Shown: positions 1 through 14,150 of the stretch, one piece after another
How the letters are laid out: each line of letters starts with the position of its first letter
How positions within the stretch are numbered: the stretch's first letter is position 1
From: Pseudogymnoascus verrucosus
Lineage: Eukaryota
Length of the DNA: 64,000 nucleotides
NCBI GenBank assembly: GCA_001662655.1
Contig: KV460256.1
Strand: one strand, 5' to 3'
Position numbers and translations under genes: made by a program
Notes under the pieces: model-generated
Database searches by the model: none
The model's input: only the letters and a program-made list of their open reading frames with translations
Told to the model about the DNA's origin: nothing

Positions 1-2204
1 ACCAAAGCCGCGTCCAAATAATCAGACTCTGGTTCCCTAGAATACATGATCTCGACTGGGAACGTGCGACCAGGGATGGAGAAAATCGGGCACTGGTTGA
101 AGTACTCTGAGAATTTGTCTGCATCGAGTGTTGCGGATGTAACGATGACCTTCAGATCCGGTCGTCGCTTCAAGGTCTTCTTGAGCAGCGCAAACAACAC
201 ATCAGTAGAAATCGTCCGTTCGTGAGCCTCATCCAACATAATAACAGAGTAGCGCTTCAAGTCAGGGTCCATAAGAACCTCTCGCTCCAGCATACCATCA
301 GTCATGTACTTGATCTTCGTATTTGGGCTCGTGCAGTCCTCGAAACGGATCGTGTAGCCAACTTCCTCTCCCAGCTTACAGCCGACCTCCTCAGCGACAC
401 GCTTCGCAACAGACATGGCAGCAACACGACGGGGCTGCGTGCATCCGATAATACCATTATTTGCAAATCCCGCTTCGGCCAAGTACTGCGTCAACTGAGT
501 CGTCTTTCCAGATCCCGTCTCACCGACAACAATCAGAAGTGAATTATCGTGGACAGCCTTGATGAGCTCAGAGCGGAATCTGAATATAGGCAAAGAATCG
601 CGCTGTTCCTTGATTGTCATATTGGTGCGCCTACCCAGCGGCACATCTTTGCTCTGGGTAACACGTTTCCACTCAGGAACAACTTCTTCACTGGCCGGGT
701 TTTGCTTGGCTGATCGGAACTCGCTGGCGAACTTTCGGTCTTCGGGCGCTACCATTGGGTCCTGCCATTGTGCGGACAAGTCTACTTTGGCTCCCTCTTC
801 GGCGGCCTTGTCCTGCGCTTCCTGTTGTCTCAGCTCTCGCCTGTCCTTTGCCAGAGTTGCTCCAGACATTGCGGCACGGTTAAGAGATCCATCTGGTGCT
901 TTAACAACTCTAATCGGTGATAATTCGAGCGATTGCTTAGTCTGACCAGCAAGGAAAGGAGGCTCCTCGTCCTTGATCTCGATATCGATGTCTTCCTCAA
1001 GTTCCATCTCGCCCTCACCATTCAAGGCGGCATTATAGTCTTCATCTAGATCCGGGTAGTCCGAAGCTTTTACCACTCCAGACGCGATCAGCTGCCTGAC
1101 CTCCCATCTCTCAGGCGACGTCATCCTCTTCTTCTGCCGCGGTGGCGGAGCATTATCCCTCCCAAAAGAGGAGCCTTGGTCACCGAGTAAATTGCCATAT
1201 TCGCGTTTCCCGCCTCCTCCAAGCTGCTCTGAGTTCGCGCCAGACTCTATCCGAGTTTGAGGCGCAAGGTCGCGCCCTGTCTCCTGATCCACCTCCTTCA
1301 TAGATAATCCAATCTTCCCATTCTCAATTTTCACAACCTTGACCTTAACAGTCTGGTCCCTCGAGACGAGATCCGAGGGATGGTTAACCCGCGACCCTTC
1401 TAGAAGAGCAGATATATGCACGAGACCGTCGACTCGCCCCCTGACTCCGTGCAGGTTGACGAATGCGCCAAAGTCTTTAACACTGGTGACATGTCCCTCG
1501 TACACTTTGTATAGTATCGGCTGGTCGTCGATTTCCTGTTTCGGGGGGTTCCTCAGACTATCCTCGCCATGTCTCCGTCGCCCGCTCTCGTGCCCGTCTC
1601 TGCGGCTCCTGTGCCCCTTCCGCGATCGACCATATTCGTCTTCCTCCTCATATTTATCCATTCTCCTTGAAACGTTGTTGCGGTTCTGCTCAGGCGACCT
1701 AGATCGATACCGTCCCTTCCTCCCTCTCCTCTCCTCAAAGTCGTCCTCGGGGCTTCGAGTTCGTTTCCTAGTTTCCCTAGGTTTCTCGCCCCGCGCTTTC
1801 CCCCCAAGCCCTTCCAATAACATCATGGTATCATCAATCGCATCCGCCCCATCCGCCTCCATATCGACGCGCGGGGGCTCAACATCCGGTATCGCCAGTC
1901 CCTTGAACACCTTATCCTTCCCTTCATTCCGTCCATTCGTCGACTCTCTATGCGTGCTACCCTCCCCTTTGTACCGCGGATGCATCGTCCTGACGAGGCG
2001 ATCAATACTCTCTATCAAACTCCCCGGGAAATCCGCTCCCATCGCGTCCAACCGCGACCTAAACTCATCGAGTGTCTTGCATTCCGCATGCTGGGCGATG
2101 ACAAACTCGGCGAGCGTCTTGTCGCTGATTCCCAAGTGGTTTTGTAGCTCGGAGGTCACTTTCGAGACTAGCGATAAGATCTCTAGAGACTCGAGGTCCT
2201 CCAT
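1..2204 (-). CDS. PRP22: DEAH-box pre-mRNA splicing helicase Prp22/DHX8, 5' part; runs off the window edge
   Basis: Manual minus-strand translation from the ATG at 2204 gives [39 protein letters not shown]. It continues through an S1 domain ([23 protein letters not shown]), [25 protein letters not shown] and SATLD. It is absent from the ORF track because there is no stop in the window. Confidence 0.95.
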   Translation of the reverse strand, partial: MEDLESLEILSLVSKVTSELQNHLGISDKTLAEFVIAQHAECKTLDEFRSRLDAMGADFPGSLIESIDRLVRTMHPRYKGEGSTHRESTNGRNEGKDKVFKGLAIPDVEPPRVDMEADGADAIDDTMMLLEGLGGKARGEKPRETRKRTRSPEDDFEERRGRKGRYRSRSPEQNRNNVSRRMDKYEEEDEYGRSRKGHRSRRDGHESGRRRHGEDSLRNPPKQEIDDQPILYKVYEGHVTSVKDFGAFVNLHGVRGRVDGLVHISALLEGSRVNHPSDLVSRDQTVKVKVVKIENGKIGLSMKEVDQETGRDLAPQTRIESGANSEQLGGGGKREYGNLLGDQGSSFGRDNAPPPRQKKRMTSPERWEVRQLIASGVVKASDYPDLDEDYNAALNGEGEMELEEDIDIEIKDEEPPFLAGQTKQSLELSPIRVVKAPDGSLNRAAMSGATLAKDRRELRQQEAQDKAAEEGAKVDLSAQWQDPMVAPEDRKFASEFRSAKQNPASEEVVPEWKRVTQSKDVPLGRRTNMTIKEQRDSLPIFRFRSELIKAVHDNSLLIVVGETGSGKTTQLTQYLAEAGFANNGIIGCTQPRRVAAMSVAKRVAEEVGCKLGEEVGYTIRFEDCTSPNTKIKYMTDGMLEREVLMDPDLKRYSVIMLDEAHERTISTDVLFALLKKTLKRRPDLKVIVTSATLDADKFSEYFNQCPIFSIPGRTFPVEIMYSREPESDYLDAAL

Positions 2205-2570
2205 GGTGAATGATGGGCTGAACGCTGCGTGGCGTTGGGGCGATGGGGTTTCTTGACTTTTTTGGCCTCGATGTTGCCTCTCGGCGGGTAAATTAAGCGC
2301 GGAGCGGCAAAATAAGGTGATTAGTCATCATAGTACCAATCAAGGTGGATCTATCATTTATTCTTGGGAGGAACAAGTTATGATATTATAGTTGATGAGA
2401 TTATAATAGTTCGGAACTATGACCTGTGGGGAATTTCACTCTATATCAAGTGTCATTTATGTGAGGTTGTTGAAGTTTCAAATATTTGTTAAGATTATAA
2501 ATTGGCTAAACTAACACCTTATATAAATCGCTATCCTCTAAGTATTAACTTTACTACAAATGTAGTTGGT

Positions 2571-3875
2571 TTAATGCTTTGGAACCTTCTTTGAAGCCAT
2601 GATCTTAGCATGTTGCTTCCCCAACAACTTATACTCCTCATCATCATAGTAAATCGTGTTCACGTCACCCAAAGTCGGCCCCGGAACAGACAACGTGTTG
2701 CTGCCAAACTGCCAGATCTGATCCGCCGCAATGCCCGACTTCTCAACAGTAACCTGCCAAGGACGCTCCGTCTCGGTATGATTGCTTGGGAACGGAGTGC
2801 CGTACTCTTCAAGGATGGCCGGCTTGCCCGATTTCTTGGCAAGAGCATCGTGCTCCTCGATCCACTGGTTGCCCCATGTGTACTCGTACGACCACGACTC
2901 CGGGTAGAGATGGAAGGTGGCATAGTCGAGGGTCTTGATCTTGAGATTCGCGACCCAGTCCACACCTTCGACGCCACTGTAAGCGTAGCTTCCATCGCCG
3001 ACGCCCGAATTCGGGGTGAGCCAGCCCTCGTCACCAAGAGTCACCATGTGCGAGTTATCAAGCGACTTGATGTAAGCGGAGACCTCAGAAGCCCACTTGG
3101 TGATGGTGCCTGCTGGGCACTCCTTGCATCTCGGCTCATTTCCTAGCTCCCAGGCGAAGATGGCGTTGCTCTTCCTGTAGCGGGTGACGATGGTCTTGAT
3201 GTAGTTGCGATACACCTTTTGCGACACAGCATCGGTGTACCAGGTCGTGGCATTGCCACCGAAGGCTCTGTTGTATGCGGCAACACCACCGTAATCGCCC
3301 CAGTTGTTGAAGAAGGGGAGGACGAGCTTTAGCCCGTGCTTTTCGGCTGAGTGGACGACGTAGTCGAGGCGCTGGATACCATCCTTGCCGTAGTTGATTG
3401 TGCCTTTTCCATTGGCCAGAAGCTGGAAGTAGACCTTGTTGGGGTCTGTATTAGTGGTGGGAGGGAGCTCAGTTACATCTCCGAAACCCCAGACACGAGC
3501 GACCTTGTAACCAGTCTGTAGGCTGGGTGTTAGAGAGGCAAGTAATTAAATGGGCGAGGCATTCTTACGGCGACCATCTCAGTAACTGAGATGTCCACAT
3601 CTTTGTTGGAGCTCAGGTGAGCAAGCCACCATGCATTGGTTCCTATGGTTTGTTAAATGCTGGTCGTAGGCATTTAGAGTCAGTCACAGGAACTCACCAG
3701 CAAAGTATTGAACTTTTCCGTCGATCTCAAAGAGTCGGCCAACTGTCTTTGCATTCTTGTGCTTACTGAAGCCAATTGGGAACGCACAGTCCGATTCAAC
3801 GTTGGAACCTGGGGCCGCTATCACGACACTCGAAAGCGCCAGCGACAGGAGAGAGATTGTGGATTGGAACTTCAT
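2571..3875 (-). CDS. Secreted GH5 (subfamily 7-type) endo-1,4-beta-mannanase, spliced
   Basis: Signal peptide [20 protein letters not shown], then [34 protein letters not shown] (acid/base Glu), TFHLYP and ILEEYG (nucleophile). Two introns near the 5' end. Confidence 0.9.
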
Positions 3876-5185
3876 CTTGGTCGAGACTTCTTTGACCTGA
3901 CAGCTGAGCGAGACAAGGAAAATTTCCCCACCTTGGGCACCCCATGATTCTTATAAGAATCTTACTTCCGGGTTCTGTAAACAGACTGAGCTTTCCGGGT
4001 TGCGGTTCGTGGGAACCGGCGGTGCCTGCATACTATAATGACCTTGGCGTGAGCCATGTGGAAAGGCCATAGTCTAGTCCGGAGGGGCAAGCCAATGGTA
4101 GATCCTGAGTATATTATGATGTCCAGGAATATAGAGAGTTCCACGACGATCCGATGGAGCCGTTATGATGGAAGGCGGCTTAACAACGGAAGACAAGCTC
4201 CGAGATGCCGAAAGTGGTTATTTGTAGATGGGGGGCTTTCTGGGGTCCCCGGAGTCTATTTCGACAGTGGAGGGAGGTCCACACCTTCGCGAATGAGGAG
4301 AAGAAGTGGAATTGAGGGGATCAAGAGGGTTAATAGGATGAAAGCATGGGTGGCGGGCAAATATTTCGCCGTAATTGGGACACCATTTGCTGTATATATT
4401 AAACCAAGAGTAGACCACTTATCTTGGAGGTGAGGGGAAACAAAGTCCTAGGGCCGGAGAACTGTCAGAGTGGGGATTCTCGACGAAAATAAGATCCTAT
4501 AAAAAGGTATTAGATTTTTCAGAAATTTTCATTCTTCAAGGGAATATGATGGTATGCTTCTCCTCATACTGTATGCTATTGTACAGTATTGATAGATATC
4601 AATGATGGTGGTGGTGGTTCGTTCTTACTGATCGATCGTGGTGAGAGTGGAGAGACAAGGGACGGATTTAGCCTTGCCAATGCGCTAAGGAACTTCTTGA
4701 GAAAGGCATGAAAATAGAGTTTATATCTAGATAATGTGCGCTGCATATATATGGATAGTTTTGACAGTTTTACTAGTAGAATATTATGGGAGCAACTAGG
4801 AAGCTTCAGTATGAAGACGACAAGGCTGTCACTCTTTGTTTTGGCCGTTTTGCTCTTAACGGCCAACCGTACTCGTTGTTCCCCACCAACTGCATCATGA
4901 TTGACAGATACGAGTAACATACAAGACTACAACAGACTACCAGGGTCACTTATCGCGGGGCTTAGCTCCTGAGATCGTGAAACCGAAACTCTCCCCACCA
5001 GTCTCCCACAGCTGCCCTACAGCTGTTTTGCTTCACTACAGAGAATACACACAGTAGTATTCGATTATTGCCACCTCGAACTCTTGTTCAACTCTTTATC
5101 CTCAGCCTCGCAATCGCACAACACACCGCGCGCGCGACCGACCCCATCGACAGGAAGCTCTGAAGTCGAGCCACCTTTGCCCACG

Positions 5186-7601
5186 ATGGGCGCTTCAGCA
5201 ATTCAGGACCAGCGCGACAGTACGCCCCAGCCTCAACTCCATTTTCTCGGAATACTAAATTCTAATACCCTACTTCAGTTATTGTCGGCGCCATAAAGAA
5301 CATAACCCGTGGTGATGTAAGCCGAGGTCGCGAGCTCGAGAGAGGGCCAAACTAATGCGTTGCAGTGGAAGGTTTTGGTGGTGGACACCGACAGCAAGAG
5401 GATCCTCGACAATGTTGTGAAAGAAGATGACATTCTCAATGAAAATATTGCAAGTACGTGCCTTGTGCTGTGTGACGCATTGCATGCATTGGGGCGAGAC
5501 TGATGCGGTGTAGATATCGAGAAGATCGAGGATAAGAGGCCGCCGAACCCGGACATGGATGCGATATACCTCTTGTCGCCAGAATCGCATATTGTCGACT
5601 GCTTGTTGGCCGACTTTTCGCGCCGGCGATACAAAAAATCATACTTGGTGTGGACAGCTTTGTTGGATCCTACGATTCGGAGGCGCATTGACAACTCGGC
5701 CGAGGCCCAACAACAGCTTGCTGGGTTCGAAACATTGTCTATAGACTACTTCCCACGAGAATCCCGCCTGGTTACGTTTCGCGACCCATGGAGTTTCCCC
5801 ATTCTATACCACCCGGCATGTAATAATGTCGTTGCTGCACATATGCAAACCCTGGCGCAAAAGGTCCGTATTTGTGCTTCCAGCGAGCTGAAATGGCGAA
5901 AATAACTGACATGTGCTACAGATAGCTGGTGTGTGCATCTCGCTGGGAGAATATCCAATTGTTAGATATTATAAACCAAAAGCGCCAACGCATGAAGCAA
6001 GTGTGCTATGCTCCCACCTCGCACGATTTGTGCAGGACGAACTAGATGCATACGCAAAGTTTCATACAAACTTCCCTCCTCCATCGAACCGACAGCAAGG
6101 CGTCCTTATTGTCACCGACAGGTCCATGGACTTGGTTGCCCCTCTTATTCACGAATTCACATATCAGGCCATGGCACACGACCTACTTCCCATAAGAGAA
6201 GGCGATAAGATTATGTATAAGACGACCGTTAATCAAGGAGAGCCTGGCGAAGAAGAGAAAGACATGGAGATTGGAGAGAACGATGACATATGGGTCAGGA
6301 ACAGGCACACGCATATGAAAGATACTATCGAAAGGCTTATGGGCGATTTCCAAAAGTTCATTAGCGAAAACCCTCACTTTACGAATCAATCAGGTGATGC
6401 GACGAGTCTGAATGCTATCAAAGATATGTTGGCAGGGCTACCGCAGTTCCAGAACCTGAAGGACGCATATTCACTACATTTATCCATGGCACAAGAGTGC
6501 ATGAACATATTCCAAAACCACAAACTGCCCGATATTGCTTCGGTCGAACAATCACTGGCCACAGGCCTCGACGAAGACTACCGAAAACCGAAGAATCTCG
6601 CAGACCAGGTCATTCGCCTTCTCGACGATGAAAGCATATCCTCACCTGACCGCCTGCGCCTCATCGCCCTATACATCATCTACTCCGACGGCATCGTCTT
6701 TGAGGACATCCCCCGCCTCATCGCGCACGCCTCCCTCCCCTCCACCAACATGGAAACAATCACCAACCTCGAGCTCCTCGGCGCCCGCACCACCCGTCCC
6801 CTCAAAGAAACCCGCCACCCGCACGCGCCCCTTTTCCCACGCAAGACCGCCCCCACCGCCGCTAATGAGGACTACGCGCTCTCCCGCTTCGAACCCGCCC
6901 TCAAACTCCTCCTCGAAGAAGTCGCCCGCGGTCCGCTTGACCCGGCCCTCTTCCCTTACACCAAGCCGCCGATACAGAGCGACTATGACCAAAACGCCAA
7001 TGTCAACGCGTCGCTCCGCTCTGCGAAACCTACGTGGGCGCAGAACAGGAGGAGCGTGCACGAGTCCAAACAGCGCGTTATCGTGTTCATGGCTGGTGGC
7101 GCAACGTACTCGGAATCCCGAGCCTGCTACGAGATCACGAAGAACAGCAATCGCGATGTTATGCTCGTGACGAGTCACATGCTGACTCCAGCGTTGTTCT
7201 TGCGCCAGGTCACGGATCTGTCGGTTGATAGGCGCCAGTTGGGTCTTCCCGCAGACCAGCCGAAGAAGATGGCCCCATCGCATTTATTCGAGCGGCCTAC
7301 ACCATCGCCGTCACCTTCGCCGTCGCCGCACGGGGGGCTACCCGCGGGACCGGCTGGGGGCAGGGGAGGTCCGTCACCACGGCCGCCGCTGCCGTCATCG
7401 CAGAGCAGTGGGAGTAGGAAGCCCGTGGAGCCACCGTCGGGGAAGATGGGATCGATGTCTTTGAATTCTGGGAACGGGCAGAATGGCGGGTCGAAGGGGG
7501 CGTCGCCAGTTGCACAGGCAGGGAAGCTGGAGAAGAAGAGTAAATATGATGAGGATGGGAAGGAGAAGAAGAAGCGGGGATTTTTTAGCTCGAAGAAGTA
7601 G
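5186..7601 (+). CDS. SEC1: Sec1/Munc18 family vesicle-fusion protein, spliced
   Basis: WKVLVVD, MDAIYL, GEYPIVRYY, DRSMDLVAPLIHEFTYQAMAHDL and FMAGGATYSE. Four short introns at the 5' end and a Pro-rich tail. Confidence 0.95.
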
Positions 7602-8183
7602 GGGCGGCAAAGAGATAGATATGCAGAGGAGGCGGTATGGAGAGGTTGAGGTATATATGCAAGATTGAGTATCGCATAGATGCTACATAATGAGCGATGG
7701 AAGATATGAATATACGGACACTATTGAGAAACCGTGTATTTTGAACGAACCAACCATCAATTTCACATTTATACTCACTCACGATAGTCGACAACTTCAA
7801 CTTCAAGCATATTCTATAGTCCAGGGCCAACTCGGCTATAATTATACCGAATTTAAGACAGACCAGTCAGGTATTTCATGTCTCGTGCTGGAATCCGAAT
7901 GCACGCTAGAAGAGTGCTCCAATGGCAACGTCGTTTCTCCACCAACGTTAATCTAAGACACACACATGTTCAACAATGATCGGTCGTAAGGAGGAAAGAA
8001 TCTGGGTTATCCTAGAATTAGACTCTATATATGATCTATAATCATGTGCAGATATTCCCCGCTCGTCGCTGGCATCACGAGTATATCTAGAATCGGGTTG
8101 AGGTAAATGTCGCCGACATTTTAAACTTCTCATCAAGCATCGATATTTTTATGAGATTTTGATTCAGATTGTCCTTTCCAATA

Positions 8184-9918
8184 ATGCATCATCTTTGCCT
8201 TCTTTATTTGTCGGCAGTCGCAGTGGTATATGGAGCACCACAGGAAGAGCAAAACGTGTTAAACCCGCCACATGTCGACTTAGGCTACGCACAATACCAA
8301 GGCTCAAGGGTCGCGGTGGGGGTAGACCAGTATCTAGGCATGCGATATGCGCAGCCACCACTTGGCGATCTAAGATTCCGAGCTCCTCAAGATCCACTCC
8401 CCTCTGACGACCTACAAGAAGCTTCTAGCGTGAGAAAGCCTCTCTCCAACGCGGGCCATAGCTAACTTGTTACTTCAGTTCGGCCCGCTATGTATTGGCG
8501 TTTCGCAGAGACCATCTGAGAGTCTTAATGAAGACTGTTTATTTGTCAATGTCTTCACCCCGTCGAACGCTACGAGGGATTCTAAACTACCCGTTTGGGT
8601 CTATATCCCAGGTGGTGGGTATGCGCAGAATACCGATAACAATTATAATGGGACGAAAGTTGTCCAAGAATCACAGTCTAACATCGTGCTCGTGAACTTC
8701 AACTACCGTGTTGGTGCTCTCGGTTTTCTTGCGGGCGAGCAAGTTGGGCGGGATGGGGATCTTAATGTTGGCTTGTTGGACCAGAGGAAGCTGTTGTATT
8801 GGGTTCAGAAACATATTAAACAGGTAGTTAATCCTTTCCAACGTTTCATTCTAGTTAAAGGCTACTAATACATATGCCTCTAGTTCGGTGGTGACCCACA
8901 CCACGTCGTCCTTCACGGCACATCCGCTGGAGGCGGCTCCATAACCCACCACCTCGCCGCCTACGGAGGCAGAAACGACCATCTCTTCGTCGGTGCGGCG
9001 AGCCAGTGTGCCTTTTGGCCGCCCCTAACTACGGTTTCTGAGAGGGAGTGGCAATTCAACCGGTTCCTCGACGATACAGGCTGTTCAAGCAGTTTGAGCC
9101 CAATGGACTGCTTGCGGGCAGCTAATCTCAGCACTATTGCGGCTGCGAATATTGTCCATCCCTACCCGGGCGCGCGGTCTGAGAGTCCTTTGCCGAATTG
9201 GACTTGGTTACCTGTTATTGATGGGAACCTTGTGAGAGGCTCGCTGTACGAAGAGTTTGAAATGGGCCACTTTATTAAGGTTCCAATGCTCATTACCAGT
9301 ACGAACGACGAAGGCACCAGTTTTGTTAGCAATGCTGCCACTTCCGATGACTTCTCATTATTCATGAAAAACAATTACCCCGCTCTAACTGACGGTGAAC
9401 TCGACACTTTAATCGCCACCTACCCCTTACGATCACCATTACCCACCAAACAACCCTGGTTCCCCTCCCTCGCAGCCGCTTACGGCGACGCCACCTTCTC
9501 ATGTCCAGGAAACCAGCTGGCCTTATCCTTTTCCCGTTTCTACTCCCCCTGGAAAGTCTGGCGCTACAGATTCAACGTCCAAGACCCCCCACAGGTCGCG
9601 GCTGGACTCGGGGTCCCCCACGCCTTCGACACGGATGCGATTTTCGGGCCGGGATACGCTGGGAATTATCCAGCTTCGTTTGTGGGTGTTAATGCGGAGG
9701 TTGTGCCGGTCACGATGCATTATTATATTAGTTTTGTGAGGGCGCTGGATCCGAATCGGTATAAGGCTGGAGAGGCGCCGGTGTGGCAGTCGTGGGGGGT
9801 GGGGAGGAATCAGCAGTTGAGGGTGGAAACTAATGGGACGGTGATGGAGGATGTGCCTGAGAATATGACGGAGGTATGTGGGGTTTTGAGGTCTTTGACT
9901 GGTCCGATGAGGTTGTAG
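8184..9918 (+). CDS. Secreted type-B carboxylesterase/lipase
   Basis: Signal peptide, YAQPPLGDLRFRAP, EDCLFVNV, GGGY oxyanion loop, FGGDP..VVLHGTSAG nucleophile elbow and GVPHAFD. Two introns. Confidence 0.92.
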
Positions 9919-10849
9919 GGTTGTGAGATGTGCCGAGTGCCGTTGGCAGAGTTGTGGTGGTTGATAACACGATACTTCAAATTTAGCGCTGAGCACTTAT
10001 TATTATATCTACAATATCATGCAAAATTAACCTTGTTCTAGTGGCAACGTTATGACATTAATAACGCTCTGGTGGGGTAATAGATATTCACGAGACCCCG
10101 TTTGCATTCGAAAACTTTGCGGATTGGAAGGCTCACTATATTTCCACCATCAAAATATCACACAGCTAAGCAACCACATTAAAAACGCCCATTTCCAGCG
10201 GCCCGAGGGAACAAACCTTATTCGGCCGAACGACGAGCGAAGATCCACATGTGGCGTCAAAACGGCTAGTAAATGTGCGGGGAAGCAGTACCTTTGCGGG
10301 GAAGATGCAAGGGTTCTAAAATTGACGTGCTATGATGACGCTTTGCCTTGTCTTGGCTTTGGTCTTCGTTATCCCATGCCAAGTGCTTGATGATTATTCG
10401 CTTTATTTACTTTATTTGTGTTAGTCGGTGTTTGGGGACGGAATTTCTTTGGATTGGAGGAAGGGAAGAGTTGCTGTGGACCGAGATGCATGGTGCTTCG
10501 GTCGAATGTTGCTAACAGCGACTTTATATAGTAGAGAGATTCTAAGCAACGAGCTATGCGAGACACAGCCGAACCTTGGGTTCATAGTCGTTGACATATG
10601 CACCGAGAATCTCAAATTTCCTTTGACTCTCTATCCGAGGTAGATAGCCAATATTTAAGAGCGACGATGATTGCCCTTCGACGAGACCCCGATGGTATTG
10701 TTGCTCAACGAGGAAGTCAACTCGTGAAAGATGGTAAGAAACTCACACCTAGCCAAGGACGATATGCTAATCTCTTTAGGCACTCAATCTTTCAGAATTA
10801 GCCTCGTGGGGCATCGCAAGCACTGCAATCAGCACATTGACCAACTTTG

Positions 10850-13352
10850 CCGACCTGATCCGCTGGTTAAAGCTATGTCTGGAGTTTCCAACAAGACCAT
10901 TATTTACGTCCAGGCCTGGAGAGTCAACTCCGCTAGTAGCAGCTCCGATGCTCAGGTTATAATCGATCAACCCACCCTGATCGATCTGACGGCGAAGGTC
11001 TCGAACGGACAAATCACTTGGACGCCCCCTGATAATGCAACATGGCTTCTGCTTTCCGCTTGGCTGCGTGGGACCGGTCAGGTTCCAGAAGACAGCCCGC
11101 ACACCAACGGGATATCTTATGTGGTCGACCATTTTTCGCTGGCAGGTGCTAAGGCGGCAACTGATTATTGGGAAAGTATATCCTGACCCCTGATATCCAT
11201 TCCGCACTACACGACAAGGATACGGCTATCATGGAAGATTCTCTGGAGGTGGCCAGCAACGGCTACTGGATGACCAAATTCCCAGCAGAGTTCCTCAAGC
11301 GACGTGGTTATAGCGTTGCGGATATCCTACCTATCCTTTTACAGAAGAGCAGTAAATACCTGTTTGTATTTTCTGATGCCGACCTGACTCGAGGCGCTCG
11401 TAATGATTACTGGGACACCATCAGCGATTTGTATGTTGATTATCATATCAAGCTGATAAAGTCCTGGGCTACGTCAAAAGGTCTCGAGTACAGAGTCCAG
11501 CCTTACAGAGGTGAGTTTATCTAAGGCGCAATGATGACAGTTTGGCTAATGCAATTTTATAGCATTTCCCCTGGACGGAATTAGAGCTGCGGCATTAGTA
11601 GATATCCCCGAAGGAGAATCACTAGGCTTCACCTCCATCGACAACTATCGAGCCCTTGCCGGTGCCGCTGGGTTGGCAGGGCGGAATATCATCTCCAACG
11701 AATTAGGCGCATATGCCAAATCCGCATACGGAACTTCATGGGCTAAAGTGCTTTCTACACTTAACCCGCAGTTTGCTGCTGGAGTCAATCAGAGTGTGCT
11801 TCATGGCTTCTCATATCTCTATGCTCCTGGAGCTGTATGGCCTGGCTTTGCTGCCTTCACGCCGACCAAAGGAAAAGCTGGTTATTCGGAGTCGTGGGGT
11901 CCAAGACAGCCGACTTGGAAGCATGCATCAGATTTTACGAACTATGTGGCGAAAATGCAATTCTTCCTTCAGCAAGGTGTGCCCAAGCACGATATCGCGA
12001 TCTTCCGACCCAATGGAGCCGTTGATAACAACTACATCGCCCCCCTTATTTCACCAGTACCGGAGCAAGGTTAGGATGGAGTGCCAACTACCTAGACCTA
12101 GGCTTGTTCGACTTGCCAGCAGCGACCGTTAAAAGGGACGCTTTGCACCTACTGCTGCCGATTACAGTCTGCTGGTTATTCCAGGAGACCCTGGCACCGA
12201 CAACGGGCCGACCCTTACAGCTTCGGCTGCGAAGAAAATCCTGGGCTACGCTGAGGCGGGTCTTCCGATTCTCTTCATTGGAAATTGGACAGATGCTCGC
12301 GCATATGGCTTCGGTGGCTTGACAGGAGACTCTACAGCGATTGTCAAATCTACAATGAGGAAGTTGCTTAAGTTGTCCAATGTGGTCAACGTTGCTTTGG
12401 AAGCAGACATCGAAGCTGGTATCGCGAAGCTAGGCATAAAGCCCGCCGTAGAGTTTCCATCTGGTATTTCTCCGTCGTCAAGATGGCGATGTCGATAACT
12501 ATGTATTTGTTGCGAATTCTAGCTCGGCAGTCTCGCAAACCATTACTTTGCCGCGTCGAAGCTCGGATTAAGTACCTGTCTCTATCGATGCATGGACAGG
12601 CAAGATGGAGGCAGTTGCGTTGTATCAGATTACTATGGACGGGCGCTTGTCGATTCCACTGGTGCTGAACTCAAAACAAGCAAAGCTGGTATCGATAATC
12701 CCTTGGTCTCGGAATAAACCTCGTTATGCTACGAGTACGACATCCCAGGCGATTATGTATGACTCTCAATCTCGCCTTTTGGTACGCGCTACAACGGCGG
12801 GGTCATACTCCAGTATTCTAGACTTATCAGACTGCTATAAGCAACGTCCTGCTAGCGATGAATCTGAAGACCTGGACATTGAACATAGACGACTGGCAGC
12901 CAGCTGAAGGCAGCGGAACCACCGGTGATATAACTGCTACTAAGATCGTCAAGCACGAGCTGTCACTCACATCGCTAACAGCATGGAGTGGCATTGCAGA
13001 GATTCAGGATGTCTCTGGAATTGGCACCTATCGGACAAATTTCACACTTGGGACCGCTTCGACGTCGCTTTCCAGCGACATGGGCGCGTACATCATTCTC
13101 AGCAAGTTCAATGGGTCGTTTCGCATCAAGATCAATGACCAGCAGCTGCCACCCTGCGACCCTTTCTCCCTTAAATACGACATTGGAGCATATGTCGTCA
13201 ATGGTACAAATACAGTCGAGATCGATGTCGCCTCCTCTCTATTAAGTAGGATGAGAGTTGTATTCCCGGATGTGTACGGAGGAAATGAAAGGCAAGCTTT
13301 TGGCCTCGTTGGGGTGACGATCCAACCATACGCGCAGGCTGTGATCGTGTGA
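10850..13352 (+). pseudogene. 5'-truncated, multiply frameshifted GH106 alpha-L-rhamnosidase-like secreted glycoside hydrolase
   Basis: Fragments in changing frames carry family motifs: YVVDHFS, MEDSLE, EFLKRRGYS, DIPEGESLGF, IISNELGA, AAGVNQSVLHGFSY, WPGF, SESWGPRQPTW and DVSGIGTY. Frame breaks near 11175, 12050, 12140, 12470 and 12810 lack splice signals. No signal peptide or N-terminal domain is visible. Confidence 0.75.
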
Positions 13353-14150
13353 TAAGTAGTGGTATAATGCAATAAAACCTAAAGTTGCCTAAATATAAGT
13401 AATATTCTGCAAAGTTTAATAGATATACTTTCATCCTTTGGTGCAACCAAAATATTACCAAACTCGCCTGTAATGAATCAGAGTTGGGCCTCTCTCTTCT
13501 ATCCTCGACCCCCTTCTTGGAAAGGGGGTGGGGGCGAGAGGGCCACGAATCACGCACGTGATCCCCACAAAGTCCCCACGATTCTGGCCCACAAGGTCCC
13601 CACAGCTAATGGATGATCTTAACACAATAAATATCTTAGGTTGAAGAGGCCTCGTAACACCTCTCCTGCCGCATCATCATCACTCTTACCCGGTGTCGGC
13701 ACTGTGGCTTAGTAGACAAGGATTAAGCTTCTGGCCAAGGTTTAGTGAACTGCAGACCAAAAAAGCTTGTGGAGAGACCCTCTATTTTCGCCGAACAACC
13801 ACTACAATGCATTTACTCGAGTCCCGAACCTCGAAAGGTATATTAGTGCCGGGGCTTATGAGGCACAATAAGGTTAGGTTGTTATCTTAGCAATCTCTAT
13901 TAAGCATGTGCGGCCTCAATGCCTCATCCAACGCCGCGAATAGAACATAACACTCCAAAGATTTGGATCTAGCCGTTAAAATGATACACTCTTTCCATTT
14001 TGAAGACTATTTGGGTTCTTATATAAAGCCGTTTCTCTTTTTCTCCTTCCTGTACCGTTTCATCAAGCCATCGTTTGCACCCGCATCAACGTCAGTCGTT
14101 CTTTCAACTCTCTAGTGTTATATTTCCATTACATTGCTTTGTTTCGAAAT

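Noticed and set aside
222..2256. Plus-strand ORFs up to 305 aa
   Set aside because: They are antisense to PRP22.
7690..7956. 88-aa ORF downstream of SEC1
   Set aside because: It has no motif or codon bias and probably lies in the 3' UTR or intergenic sequence.
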